Below, one piece after another: positions 28,250 to 42,519 of a stretch of 64,000 nt of DNA. The notes beneath the pieces were generated by a model, which was not told where the DNA came from, searched no databases, and saw only the letters and a program-made list of their open reading frames with translations. Position 1 is the stretch's first letter, and every line of letters starts with the position of its first letter. This stretch comes from Eledone cirrhosa (Eukaryota), in contig OZ024741.1 of assembly GCA_964016885.1 (NCBI GenBank), forward strand, positions 64,790,001-64,854,000, given 5' to 3'. A program made the translations under genes and the position numbers.

Positions 28250-28720
28250 TAAGTGTAAAAGCCAAACTCGCTATCTTCAATTCGCTATTCCTGCCACCAA
28301 CTCTTACCTACGGTCATGCATCTTGAGTAATGACCAAAAGAATACGATCGCGAATTCAATGGGTTACTCCGAAAGGTCTTTGGAGTTACTCGATAGTGTG
28401 GAGCTCGGAGATCAGGGAGTCGCTCCAGGTAGAGTCGCTACTTTTCCGAATTGAGAGGTCTGCCCCGGTATTACCGGCATGCGGTTAGTATGTTTCAGGA
28501 AAGAATCGCTGGACAGATTTTACGAGCCAAACTAAACGGCAGGAGACGCGGGGTTAGACTCCGAGCAAGACAGTTGGATAACATCCATGAACTCGGCTGG
28601 TCACGTCTGGAGATCCAGCCGGATCAATTGAAGACGAGACGGCTGCTTCTGACAGGACCCGCAGGAAGGAGTGTGTGAGGACTCTGCCGCTACGGCCCTC
28701 TCAGGAATAAATGGGCGATG
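28250..28720 (+). mobile_element. Decayed RTE-like LINE 3' region
   Basis: YYRHAVSMFQERIAGQILRAKLNGRRRGVRLRARQLDNI resembles the RTE W(Y/F)GHV.RM...G.R.RGRP...W.D.I segment. Confidence 0.6.
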
Positions 28721-29122
28721 AAAAAAATGCATTTTCATAGAAGTTTGGTACTAGCCCTTCCAGGACCTAACATATCACTGCAAATCTTTCCCCGTCTTCG
28801 TTCCAGGGAGTAGTCTTAATTTTCACAGCCTCTCGCAGTAATCTTGGTGTGACATCATTGGATTGCTTCAAGCTCGGCAGTTAATTTGACACTGTGTGGC
28901 TAAAGACAAATGTCCTCCACAGAACTAACATGCGTTCCTGGTCCCTTGTCATATATATATATAGTTGTATGGTTGCAAGAAAAATTGCGTCCGTAGGCGG
29001 TATGCCGGTTGAGCACTCGATGCTCGCGCAGAGCAGAGTATAATACTATAAAAATAAAGGAACAATTATATTATATTATATATCGAACCTGACTGTAATC
29101 GAAAGATATCGAGACGATAGGA

Positions 29123-29216
29123 AGCATATCTGACGATCTTTCGATTAGAGAGTCAGGTTCCATCTATAATAGGTCTTTCCTCGAGCTGATCGATAGAGAA
29201 ACATGTGTAATATGTT
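29123..29216 (+). ncRNA. Type I hammerhead ribozyme motif, intact core, long loop II
   Basis: Stem I AGCATAT/ATATGTT; CTGACGA 29130-36; stem II TCT-T-TCGATTAG / CTGATCGA-T-AGA; GAAA 29198-201; stem III CATGTG; cleavage after GUA at 29209. Confidence 0.8.
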
Positions 29217-30879
29217 ATTATGCAACACTGAATCCTTGTTCCTTTATTCTTATAGTGTGTGTATGTATATATATATATAGTTATATTGGAGTTTACTAAT
29301 ATGGATCCTGGTAAAGATGACAGAAGCTCTATGCTAATCGGTTTCCTTGATCCAGCAGTAATCCAATAAGGCTGAGGAAACACTCAGCTGTCGTAGATCC
29401 AGCTATAGATTGTTAGGCCACGGGCTGCAGAGCTCACAAATACATATATATACGTGTGTATGTATTTGTAACTATCTTTATATATATACTGTATAATGTC
29501 ATTGATTACCATACGTTCTATAAACCCATCTTGTAGCATTTTGCAATTCTGAATGGAACCTGATGGCAATAAAAAGAACTATCATTGTCATTATTATTTA
29601 AGAATCAAGTACTGGGTTGATTTAATCAACTTCGCCCTTACTCCAAATTTGCTGGCCTTGTGCCTAAATTGGAAATCGTTTTTAAATAAAGATTTATCGC
29701 TACTTCCATAAAGTGTATACGGTAAAAATACTATTCACTCTTTATTATAAGGGAGATTGGTAAAGCAACATTTACGTGCAAATAATTACAATAACGTTTA
29801 TGACTAGAATCTGAATCATATTTATAGCTAAAAAAAAATAAGCATGTTTGATATCCATATTATATTTCGTTACGACTAATTTTATTTTTCATTCATGCTT
29901 TGTTGTCTATCTCTCAATATAATGTTTACAACCGTTGCGGAAAATCCTACATTCATTCATATAAAGATTAATGAAATTCAGTTAACGTTACCACAAATTT
30001 TATGCCTTGATAGAATGACAATAAATTATGAATGTAGTTGATTTAACGAATACTCTTGTAACAGCGTAGTTTGCGCGTATGCACACACACTTTTGCCTAC
30101 AGGCAACGTCTGTCGCTTGAATGTCAAGCTGGTTGAGTAGAATACCGCCAAATGCCTACTTCACACTTACATAATAATTTCATCAGCCGCCATCGTACTT
30201 TGCTTCAAGTTCTTTCGTCTCTACCACCTTTTCTACTCGATTTCTCCCATCATCAAGCGATTTCTTTATGTCACCTCTCGAATTATTGTGAAGCATGTAA
30301 GAATCTAAAGAAGTAAATTAAAAACCTACTAGAAGTATTTTTCTTCCAAGCATCTGAAGGATGAAAGGCAAAGTTGACCTAGGCGAGATTTGAACTCAAC
30401 GTATAGAGCCAAATACTGCAGAGCATTACTCTAACTACTCTGAAAATTCACCGCCCTTTAATGGTAATAATTTCTAGTCTTGACGCAAGATCAACAATTT
30501 GTGGTGAGGGGGAATGTCGAAAGTAACTGGTACTTTATTTTATCGACTCCAAAAGGATTGAAAGTCAAAGTTGACCTCAAAACATAGTAAGTCTTCATTA
30601 AATGATGCAAAGCATTTTGTCCAGCACTACAATACAATGGCAGAAGGAAGCGTTTGTGACTTTTATAGATCTCCCTCCCACAATGGGATTGGTATCGATG
30701 TGGTTGAACTTCTGTAGGTAGACATTTGCAGGGGAAAATATGGATTAGAGATAATTCTAGAAAGCTGTCGATTGTTCACTTAAATTCTAACATGTTTTGT
30801 GCCGTAAGGCAGAAGAGAAGACACTTTTTTTCTTTCTGAAAAACGCCTAACATCGCTATCCAGTGATGCGGTCAGGACG

Positions 30880-31060
30880 ATGTGAGGGAGCCCATGTGCA
30901 AGCTGCCTCGTGATCCCTGTGGACAGAATGGAAAAAACGTTGCCCCATTCCAACTCGCAGGATTACTGCGGGTGGTCAGCTCCACTCTGATAGCAATATG
31001 TAGCGATGTGGTCCGGGGGCCCAAGAACATCGGAAGTCTCCACTGCTACAAGTTCGACCA
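30880..31060 (-). mobile_element. Older fragment of the same CRE-like element
   Basis: Shares ggacagaatgga, tccaactcgc and gaagtctccactgc with 33210-33375. Confidence 0.65.
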
Positions 31061-31164
31061 CATGCGCGTGTATGTATATGTGAAAGGTAAACAGAAATAA
31101 CAAAGCAAATGACACAGTATAACGAAGAAATATATTAGTTTCATGCTTAAAATAATAGGATAGG

Positions 31165-31500
31165 AAAAGTGTCTTAACGTTTCGGATACTAGTCCTTCAT
31201 CATAAGATAAAATGAGAAGTAAATTAGAAATAAAAGATGAAATGAAAAGATAGAGAGAGAAAAAAGGAAGGAACGGGAAAAAATTAAAAATCAAACAAAC
31301 AAAATGAAAATATGTACGTATTCAGTCAGTCATATGTTCGTTGAAAGGTGAGGGTGAGAAACAGAATACTTGTTCAGTGAGTGTATTGATTCGAGACGGT
31401 ATGGGATACCCGTAGCTGGTTCAGAAGAACAGAGAGTAGAAATAGTGTTTAGTCAGTGATTGTAGCTTGTTGTTCTCTATTAACATAGCTTTAGATATGT
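31165..31500 (-). mobile_element. Penelope-like element 3' remnant with a decayed minimal hammerhead
   Basis: Minus strand tctt-ATGATGA-AGGActagtaTCC-GAAAC-GTT-aaga at 31207-31172. It follows a degenerate segment resembling the end of a GIY-YIG ORF (SLF..., EQ..F...TFNE). Confidence 0.5.
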
Positions 31501-33149
31501 CAATATATCAATGTAGGTCACATTTGAGCTGCTCTCTAGAGTCTAGGCATTGGGAAGCACTTTTAAATTGTACCGGAGCGTGATCTATCGCTTTCTTATC
31601 GTGCTGGTCACCGTGGAGACCTCTAATGTCCTCGGTCTCTGAACTGCCGTTTTCCTCTGCAAAACTGGGAGGAGTGTATCCGACCTAAGGAAGAAGCCCC
31701 GTGAGGTAGAGCGGCTGATGCAACAGGTGTCTTTGGTGTTCTTCGCGGGAATGCTTAAATCACATCCTGCCGTTTTAAAAAGAACACATCGAATAATGCA
31801 GTTTTTGATGAGAGAGAGAGAGAGATAGTTAAGGCTGGAGTACTTATTCTACGCCAGATAGATCAAGCAAAGTAAGGAGGAAGCTAAATTACAGACCAAC
31901 ACATTTAACAAATATCGAATCCTAATATTGAACCAATAATAGTATAGTCAATTGAAAAGACACATGTTTGATACTTAATATATTGAACGTGGCGAGATAA
32001 CAGGCAAAGGCAAAGGCAAAGGAGGTCCTCTACATGGTCACCAGACAAATTTCCCACAAATAGCTCCTATGACACGTTGGGTGTGTTGGACCTCCGTCGG
32101 TTACAAGTGTTCCAGTTGTTTGATCAACGGAAAGACTATTCACGAATTTAATGAGCAAGTAACGGAGTCGGTAGAAGGTCGGACGTCATGCTTTGACGCA
32201 TAGAGTTACGGCCCTTTCCATTCTGAGTTCAAATCCTGCCGAGGTCAACTTTGCCTTTCATCCTTACGGGGTCGATAAAATAAAGTACCAGTAATGTACT
32301 GGGTAATTGCTGGACTTGTGCCAAAAGTAGAAACAATTATTTTTCAGGCACATGCACCCATAGCGTAATTTTCAAGGAGATTCAGGCTTCCACAATGTGC
32401 GACAAGACTGGTTGTAGAAAAAAAGAAACGAATAGTGACTAAGCAAAAGCATAGTAGAGAGGAGAAACTGAATCATTAAGAAGAGAATGCTACATTCTGA
32501 AGTCAAGATCTTAACATAAGGTGATCAAACTGAATATAGCTTGACGGCAATCAACAGATGATGGTACCAGTTATTTTGCCCCATACAAATCCTGATTGAA
32601 CAGACGGACCTATGATTCAAAGGTATTCCAATCCTGACCAATTTGTTTGTTTTGTTTTTAAGGCACGGTGTTAAAGGACGGTGGATTGGCAGTATCGGTA
32701 GAGGGTCGGATGCCATGCTTTGCAGCAAAGAGTTACGGCCTTTTATGATCTGAGTTCAAATCTCGCCGAGGTTAACTTTGCCTTTCATCTTTACGGGGTC
32801 GATAAAATAAAGTACCAGTAATGCACTGGATAATTGATGGCCTTGTGCCAAACGTAGAAACAATTATCCCATGTCTTTCTTTTTATAAGACACAGGATGA
32901 TTTGAGGGAAAATTGACTGCTATTTCTAAAAGCTAGAGCGACCGTGTAAAGATTCCTCTGTTGGTTAGTTTCAGCTATTCCTTTAACTAAAAGAAGAGAT
33001 AATATGGCTTGGAATCTTGGATTTTAGCCAGCGTGTTTAACTCTACAGAGCAAGTGATCTGACAATAGTTGAATGAGTACAGTGAAGTCTTGAATGTGTT
33101 ATGTTTTTTGTTTTGTTTTTAAACACTTTAGTCTTTATTGTGTTGTATC

Positions 33150-33778
33150 AGATGAAAGAATGGTATTTAACTAATATATTGGTACGCGATGGGGCCCACC
33201 CACAGCCCCGGCGGACAGAATGGAGAAGGCGTTTCCACGGAGGACGGCAAGGGAGACGCGCTGGAAAAGCCACTCCAACTCGCGGGGCTCACACCTGCGG
33301 CTGGCCAGTTCAGCGCCTATGGTGGTGAGTAAGGAGGTAGCCCTGGGGCCGAGGACACCAGAAGTCTCCACTGCAGGGGAACGACCGCAAACCTGTCGGA
33401 GAGCGACCGGTATTTGAGGAGTTTGGCCCCCTCAGCTCGACGTGCAGGAGAACCTGGGTCAGTCGCAGACTGCAGAAAGTGTCGGTGCAAGTGGCATCCC
33501 AGACGAGGGGTTTGCCACTGTGGAACGGGAAGATGGTCATGCCATCTGGCCTTTTGTCGTCCCCTCGATCCAGCCCCACCGGCTCGAGCTTGGAAGGGAA
33601 GCCTGCAGTGTCCAAGCCATGCTTAATGACCTCGTTGAGGGCAGCATGGCGTGGAATGCGGCCGGCACTGTGGCGACAGGAAAGCGGGTGAAGGCCAAAA
33701 GAGTCCACAGTGGAACCGCAGCGACATTGGTGCGGCTGGCAGATCCGGAGGCCGAGCCTCAGGGAAACGCCGATTAGT
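33150..33778 (-). mobile_element. CRE-clade non-LTR retrotransposon 3' fragment (zinc knuckle plus restriction-like endonuclease)
   Basis: LRLG..CRC...H..SC....RH..LN....EP..L.R.D.KRPDG......LVWDATC, then after a frameshift ETSGVLGP...WLFQRVSLAVLRGNA. Confidence 0.85.
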
Positions 33779-33990
33779 GTTTTGAATCTAGTAAGTATAC
33801 TCGATAAGTATATCAACTGAAAAAAGAAAAGAAAAGGAAAAAAAAGCACTATGCTTCTTAGAATAACTGTCTTAAGTTAGATTTATATATACACAAAATA
33901 CATAATTGACGTGGGGATAAAATATCGGGCTTTTAGTTCACGGGTCGTCAATTTAAAACCCGATTCACGTATATTATCGTATTCCAAGAG

Positions 33991-34175
33991 GCGGTGGATT
34001 GGCAGTATCAGTAGAGGGTCGGACGCCATGATTTGACGTATAGAGTTACAGCCCTTGCCATTCTGAGTTCAAATCCCGCCGAGGTTAACTTTGCCTTTCA
34101 TCCTTACGGGGTCGATAAAATAAAGTACCAGTAATGCACTGGATAATTGCTGGTCTTGTGCCAAACGTAGAAACA
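33991..34175 (+). mobile_element. Same young SINE, 18-bp TSD
   Basis: TSD attatcgtattccaagag at 33973-33990 and 34176-34193. Confidence 0.9.
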
Positions 34176-37130
34176 ATTATCGTATTCCAAGAGAACTAAT
34201 TCAGTTTTGTCCTTGGTACGGAAAAGAAGTCGGAAGATTCTCTATCAAAGTTTATTCGCCATAAACTAGGTTCTTAGCCAGTATTGCTTGGAGACTGTAA
34301 AAGAAGGACTTGGATGATACTAAGCCATAAACAACACAAACAAACTAGAAAGGCGCAGTTGAGTATTGGAGTTGTGGATTTTTTGATTAGCAAAAGGATT
34401 AACATTTTTGCTTAATCTGCAAAAAAAGCTACAACCATGTTTATCTTAACCATAGTATCTAACTGATTGAGTCATCACTATGTCTAAATATAGTTTCTTT
34501 AGTACAACAGCACAAGCATGATCTATTTGATAAGTGTTATGCAAATAAAACAAAATAGGCGAAGATATGTTTACAACAAAATCGACAATTTCTAATAATT
34601 TGTATGATTCGATAAAAACAAATGATTTAGATTTTTATCGCCACCTGATGTTATTTTTCCGACTGAAGAAAAGATATCTTACAAACAAACGATTTGATAT
34701 TTGGCAGCGGAAAGTGATTAATGTTCAGAATATGTGTGACCCCATAACACACCAAATAAAACGTGGTATTTATAGAAGTTTAAAATCAATTTAGGCATTA
34801 TGTTATTAACTGCATGAGTTTTCTGTGAGGAAAAATTTTAAGATGGTAATCTCGTGCGAACGAGATAAAACACGTATTTTGATAAACAATTCCCATTGCA
34901 CATTGACAGCTAAAGTATTATTAACATATGGATTATATGGCAGTTGGGTTCAAATTTCAAATGTGTTCAGTTTAAATAGTTATAATACAGAGCGGGGGAA
35001 ATCCAGGTGACAAATCAATAGTAACCTGTCATTTCAACAATTTCCTGTGTGTATTGGGCATCCGTTTGTTACGACGATAAGTGTTCCAGTTGTTTGACCA
35101 ACGGACCAGTCAGCTCACGAAATTAATATGTAAGTGGCTGAGCATTCCATTGACACGAGTATCCACATCGAATTTACTTCTTAGAGAGATTCAGAATGAT
35201 ACAGTGTATAACAAAGCAGGCCTTTTGAATTACAGATACAACTCATTTTTTTGCCAACTAAGTCGACTAGAGCAATGAGAAATAAAGTGTCGTACTCAAG
35301 GACGATGGAAATTGAACTCACGGCCAATAGTTGAAACGTGAAAGCAAACTTAACGAAAAAGGTTAAATCGAAACGAAGCTCATTTAAAGTAATTTATTAT
35401 TATGCTCATTGTTGCAGAAGAAATCAATAAGGTTTCAAATCCTTCACTGACTTGGGTTCAAAGGCGGTTTAAGTCCATTTGAGGCCCTAAGCACTTAAAA
35501 AAATTGTGATGTCTTCGAAAAAAAATTGTTTGTTGGATGACAAATATATTTAATTTGAATAAAAGGGTACCACCCTTCTTTTGATGCTCTAGTTATGTGC
35601 TTATTTTGCTTAATAGTTAATCCAGCTCTGCTTCGATTTATCACTGGTTCGTGATTTCACGGATAGCCAAGAGCAGTAATTTTTAAGCGGGATTGTTAGA
35701 ATATGTAGAACGTCGGATAAAACGCATGCGATATTTAGTAACGTTCTGAGTTCAAATTCCACCGATATCAACTTGGCCTTTTATCATTCCGGGGTCAATA
35801 AATTAAAATGTCAGTAAAGTAATGGATCAATTTAATATTCCTACAGATCATCGTAGATCAGGCCTGGGCTGCATTGGATATGGCTCCTCATAAGGCCGGT
35901 CGCACTACTGAAAAATTTGAGGCAATTTTGAAATTTGGCGTGCCATTTAGAAAGCCAAATGGTCAACAGTTTGTACTAGATCATCATCACAGTTTAATGT
36001 CTATTTACCATGCTTGCATGAGTTAGACGGACTGTCATGTACTGAGGCCAGACTGGTCAGGTGACCACGTCGTACTTCCACGCTCCGTTTTTGACATGGT
36101 TTCTACGTCTGGATGCTTTTCCTAACGCAAACCACTTTACAGAGAAGAATAACATTCCTAATGTATGGTGTGTATGACGAAGGTAGTTAAGATTCAATGG
36201 CTGCGTTCCATAGGTTCTAAGCAGATAACGCAGAAGATTAATAGGTTTACCAGTGTTAGCTAGTAGCGACAGCACAGTAAAATTAATAAAGAGTGTCTGT
36301 CTCTTTCTCTCTCCACTTCAGCAAAAAAACTTATTAAAACCTTTCATTATACTTTTATTTAAGACATGTTGTAAGCACTTGTGCCAAACAGTTTACTAAT
36401 GAAAAAGTTATTTTATTAAATTCCTCAAAAATAAATTGAAACCCGCAGGCGGTGAATTTCATTAGCAATAGAGTAACAAGAGGGTTAAATTACAAAAAAA
36501 AGAGTACAATATAATGACTTGGCTACATGTAGTTTGCGCACACAGATTAAGGTAAAGCCCCTCCCTTGGTCGCAGAACAATACAGTAAAGAAAGTTGATC
36601 TGCACTCGATTTTGTGTCCAAACCCTCGTTAAATCAATATCAATCCAATTTTCCTCCAAAGAACATTTATTTTGCTGTGTTGGAACTCTGTCGGTTTCGG
36701 CGACGAGTATTCCAGTTGTTTGAGCAGAACACCCCAGCCACTAAGTCAGTCATAGGAAAATTACGGCCCGTTTGGCTTTCTGAATGACACGCCTAATTTC
36801 AAAATTGCCTTAAGTCTTTTTAGTAGTGCGGCCATATCCTATGCGGCCCATGGCTCGACAAAGATAGCCCATATCTGAATTAAGTTATGCGCCTTCATCT
36901 GACTGTTAACAAGAAAAAGAAGAAAAAAATGAACGTCATATTTGATTTCCTCTATTTTAAAATTCTGAATTGACAGTATGCTAATACGTTTCTATACAAA
37001 CTGATTGTGTAAATAAAATGTCAATTGTATATAGCCAAGTGGGTTTTGAACGTGTGAGTGTGTGTGGGGAGGGGGGAACTGGCGTAATAGCATAGGCTCA
37101 AACAGAATTCGTAAAAGTACGTAAACTCTG

Positions 37131-37163
<33 letters not shown>

Positions 37164-37166
<3 letters not shown>

Positions 37167-38058
37167 GCAGTACACTCAAGAAGTTTTTAGGCACTTTTAA
37201 ATGCTTGATATGGTTATAATAAGCTAACAGGCCAAATTGTTTCTTTTCCAGGTTGAAGGTCCGGGCCACTACACTACCCGCCAAATACGTCTTATCACAG
37301 TTGACTGGTTCCACAATGCAGTCAGGGCGTGGGTATATACTGGAGGCTCGATTTACAATAATATTTCGTGTTAAGGTCGGCAAAAACGCTGCAGAAACCT
37401 ATGAAATGTCAAAATTGTTTACGGACTTTCATGAGCCGGGCGACTGTTTTCCGCTGGCGCAAGAGGTTCCAGGAGGACAGGGAGCAGGTGAGGGACGCCG
37501 AAGTTGCTCGACAAAATTCAAAGTTTCTGGACGAGGACCGTCGTGCAACACTTCTGATGATTGCTAAGCAATTTGAAGTGGCTGAGGGCACTGTGCACAG
37601 TCATTCATGACGATCTGAACATGCACATAGTTTGTTCCCAGAGTGTTCAATGAAGATCGAAGGCAAAAGCGCGTTGATGAGAGCGGGAAGATAATCGAGT
37701 GGATCGCTTTAAATCCAAATGTTCTTGAGTCTCCGGTAACCTGTGACGTGAGCTGAGTCTACTGTTATGATCTAGAGACCAAGAGACAGAGTGCCTACCA
37801 GAAACATTCTGACTCCCCAAGACCCAAGAAGGCCAGGAAAAACAGGTCCACTGGAAAGCTCATGATGATCCCATTCTCCGGCTGCAAGGGCATCTACATC
37901 CACTAGCCCCCCCCCCCCACTACGAGGGGACCTTCCAGAAGTGACTCGAGTGCTACAAGTGCATTGAAGTTGGAGGATTCTACTTTGAGGGAGACTAATG
38001 ATCTGGGTTAAATAAATGTCTCTCTGATAAAAGTCTCAAAACCGCTTGAATGTACCTT
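37164..38058 (+). mobile_element. Internally deleted mariner transposon remnant
   Basis: Degenerate TIRs (gtacactcaagaagtttt / aaaaccgcttgaatgtac) in TA runs. Peptides GKNAAETYEM, SRATVFRWRKRF (HTH), VTCDVS*VYCYDLETKRQS, PRPKKAR and KCIEVGGFYFEGD*. Confidence 0.88.
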
Positions 38059-38260
38059 ATATATATATATATAATCATCAACATACCTCAACAGGCCAAT
38101 TTGACAATTTCCACCCAATGCGAGAAAGTTCTCCATGACTTACTAGAACTAGTATCAATAATGAATTATTGTAAAGATTTGAATTATTAAAGAACACCAA
38201 CCACAAGTGAAGTCATATTTCTCTTTTTTTCACACACACACATATATATATATATATATA

Positions 38261-38524
38261 AGTAAACACAGTAAACCCGTGTCTAAAATTACGAGGGTAT
38301 ACGAGGGTAGATTACACCACAAATGTTATATATCATTCAACCTGAATCATATGGGATTTTACAAGATTTTTTACACGATTTCTCATACATACCATATCAA
38401 TAACCATTTCATCTCCCGGACAGACTAAAGATTTAATCTGTTTCGCCCATTCGGTTGAATGTTATATAACATTCGTGGTGTAATCTACCCTCGTAATTTT
38501 AGACACGGGGTTACTGTGTTTACT
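38261..38524. repeat. Inverted repeat, arms about 73-82 bp around a spacer of about 110 bp
   Basis: agtaaacacagtaaacccgtgtctaaaattacgagggta.. / ..taccctcgtaattttagacacggggttactgtgtttact. The left arm has a local duplication of tacgagggta. Confidence 0.85.
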
Positions 38525-38603
38525 TCTACACATTAATATTATAATGCTCAGTATTTATACTTTGAGCTTGTTAATTGCAGGGTATCTATATGAGTTATTA
38601 ACT

Positions 38604-38975
<372 letters not shown>

Positions 38976-39021
38976 CCCCAAGGCTCTGATACCATCAACA
39001 CTATAAACACAGAGCTGGCTA

Positions 39022-39077
39022 ACTGCCTGATGAGGTCATAGCCATTCAATGGCTATCATCGAAATATATATAGCAGT
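39022..39077 (+). ncRNA. Type I hammerhead ribozyme motif, intact core
   Basis: Stem I ACTGC/GCAGT; CTGATGA 39027-33; stem II GGT-C-ATAGCCAT / ATGGCTAT-C-ATC; GAAA 39061-64; palindromic stem III TATATA; predicted cleavage after AUA at 39072. Confidence 0.8.
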
Positions 39078-39667
39078 AAATAAAGGATTATGAGTTCATG
39101 CAATTGACTTATGTTTCGTCACTATATATATATATATAATTACACTCATTACAAGTAACCTTTGGTAAGCACTTTGAGTACAGATTTACACGTCTAATAT
39201 GTTTAAATCTTCTCATTGAGTGATAATGAGACTAGTGAATATGTTTCCCTATAACCCCGCTTACACACACACATGTGCATGTGTGTGTTGATTTACTCGA
39301 TTCGGATAGTGTTGTCAGGTTCGCCGATGAAGATGTTTGCATGATTCTACCACTTTCAACATCCCGACAATGCCTTTAAATTGGCATAGAAATTTGATCT
39401 GAGTAGACTGTTTCTTCATGTTTTTGTATTTCAAACATCTTATGTGGTATTTTGTACGAAAAAAGTGTATATAAATGCTTTGCCTAACACGTGTCCCTCT
39501 ATAATTCAATGACACGATTATTATAATTAAATTTCGAGGATTTTATAAAAAGAAAATGTACTATCGTTTTAATTGTTTCTATGTAGGTCACTATTTAATG
39601 TTTTGAAACCAATTCGGGCCCCTCGTTGTAGAGGGAGAGAGCACTAGTTGACACCCCCTCCTAGTTT

Positions 39668-39888
<221 letters not shown>

Positions 39889-40849
39889 CCGAAACACCGC
39901 TTTAGAATTATTGTGAATTAGAATGTCTACCCAATGTTTTCTGAAATACCCCTCCTCCCCAACACCAAACACTGTCGACTGTCATGAGCCGATTGGATCT
40001 AAATCACTTGTCATTTCTCTCTTCTAGCTGAAATGTTTATTAAAAAAAAGATTATTGGTGATGTTATCAGACCGATTAAGGCGGTGGATTAACAGAATCG
40101 TTAGTTGGACGGATGAAACGCATTGTAGGATTTTTTTCACAGCCCTCTACGTTCTGAGTACAAACCCTGTTGCTATCAACTTTGCTTTCCATATTTCTGA
40201 GACCTCAATACATTACTGGGCCGATATGAGCGACTCTTCTCTTCGCGCAAATTGCTGGCCTTGTGCCTAAATTTGAAATTATTACTGAGCTCTCAGTCTC
40301 TTCACAGTGAACACAAAGGGCAATGGGAATGAAAAATAGTGGTAAAACAACGTCTTGTTATCCACTATACACAAATGGTAAATCTCTAGATATTTATCCA
40401 CTTCTTAACATTAAAGGTCTCGTGCGCTCTAACGTCTACAATGAATTCCTCAGCAAACAAGATCTGAAAGCAGCTTGCCAACATGTTTCACTTCACATTG
40501 ACGATTGGGAGATGCACTGCATTTCAAGCTGATGTAGGCTATTCTAGCTTACAAGGTTACTCTAGGTGTAACTAACACCGCAAGTTTTTCAAAGAGGTAT
40601 GGAAGGTATAATTATTACGATGATATCAAAGGCATTCACGCCTATCTCGCTGATGTTGTTATTCTTGTAGGCAAATTTACTGAGCAGATTGGTGAGAACA
40701 TCGCTCAATTCATTTTAGTTACTTAACATTTATACTGGACAATGACAAATGTGTTCACTTTCAAACATCCAGTTGTTACCCAGGAAACAAAATAGGAAAT
40801 AATTCTCTGTAACATGACCTAGAAAGAAGTAAAACCCCCTATTGATTAC

Positions 40850-41150
40850 ACAACTGCTGCTGACTGTCCATCGATTCTGTGATGACGTTGCTTCTCTCCA
40901 TCAGATATGTCGACCACGCCTCTAATAAACACGCAAATGTGATATACGTCCAATATGTGAAATGCAGATCCGCACGATGTTATTGTTGGGTGATCGAAAT
41001 CGACAAATGGCGCCGGGTTGCCCTTCAATCACTACCTAGTACGTTCTGCTTCGAACTGTTCCACACTATCATATACAACTCTCCTCCACGCCTTCCGACC
41101 CGCAGCGAGTCCCTGTGGTTCCGTTTCAGTTGGTATTTCAAACACGACGA
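40850..41150 (-). mobile_element. Decayed RTE-BovB-like LINE 3' end with C2H2 finger remnant
   Basis: Minus strand gives LAAGRKAWRRVVYDSVEQFEAER, then TSCGSAF and (frameshifted) SHIGRISHLRVY*, then a gtcatc..atcgatggac terminus. Confidence 0.6.
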
Positions 41151-42519
41151 CTAACAATGCTAAACAACTACCACGATCACTAAATTTGTTTAGTTACTCT
41201 AAATCAGTTTCCTTTCTCCGAACTAGTAAAACCCCTACTAAATCCAACTTTTTCCATTGCAGAGAGGAAAAAAACACCTAGATGTTGATTACCTCGTTAA
41301 AACTTCAGTAGTTGCCTCCCTTTAGTTCCCTTTTACATCGAAACTAGTGCTTATGGAACTATAAGTCGGGCTCAACAAGTAGTTGAACAAGAGCAATAGA
41401 GCACTGATCCAGTTATAGAAGGGAAACCATGGCTCCACTACTCGAATTTCCTTGTCGTTCAACAAGGAACAGGAAAGCAACAAAGATTAAATTTGAAATA
41501 ATTGCTGCTTCCGGTTCAAGTTCATTACCGTACATTTTAGTATACTGTACCGTTTGCAATAAAAAAACGAGCACTTTTTCAACTTGCACGACGAATAATG
41601 CAGTTAAATACTTAAGCTAAATAAACATATTTCATTTTCGGCAACTGTTTCATTTAAGATTCAACCTAGATTTTCAGACCACAATAGCCGACGCCAACAC
41701 AACTAATAAGAAGCTCAAGTACCGCATGGTTAAGAGAGATCTATAACGTGTACCCACATCCCATGTCAGTTACATAGTAATTCTAAGTTCTACTTAAATA
41801 CTGGCGTGCTGAAAATTAAAATAGCTGGAGATTTTTTTTGTTTTGTTTTTCAAATCTAAAGAGAACAACATCATATTTCAGGAAAATAACCACTTTCTTT
41901 TAACTAATAGTACTTGTTATATACTGTATCTAAATTGCAGGAAAAGCTTAAGAAAACTAAGGATATAACTAGTGGACACTGCTCCCGAAAAGTGACGTTC
42001 ATAAAACATAACTATGGAAGGATATCAGAGACATAATGGAGATAGCACATACTTTCATTATGGATATATACATATATAGAGGGCCCCGCCAAATTGTAAA
42101 CACTTCAACAGCATTCTATTAAATATCGCCTGTAAAGGTAATCAAAATGTGTATAGATTTGTAGGACACCCTATATATAATATGCAAAAAGAACAAAACC
42201 GTTCTTGAAATATTTTCATTATTGGTTGTGTTATGAGAAGGAAACAAAGCAGCCATGGGTCACTGAATGAAGTAACCATAAAAACAACAAGATATGTTCA
42301 ATATATAGAAACAGCAAGACAAAATAATGGTTTTAATCTGTTTACTATCTCGATTATATAAATCTTTGCATATTTACGACCTCCGAAAAGATGACAGGCA
42401 AAGTTAACCTCAGCAAGATTTGAACTCAGAATCTAAAGGGCCGTAACTATGCCACAAAGCATATTGTCCGACGCTCTACCGATACCGCCAATCCACCGCT
42501 CATGAATAATAATTATTTA

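Noticed and set aside
38982-38994. Minus-strand TGGTATCAGAGCC, like an LTR primer-binding site, about 30 bp from a hammerhead
   Set aside because: It matches the plant rather than animal initiator tRNA end, is opposite in strand to the ribozyme, and has no adjacent LTR. Treated as coincidence.
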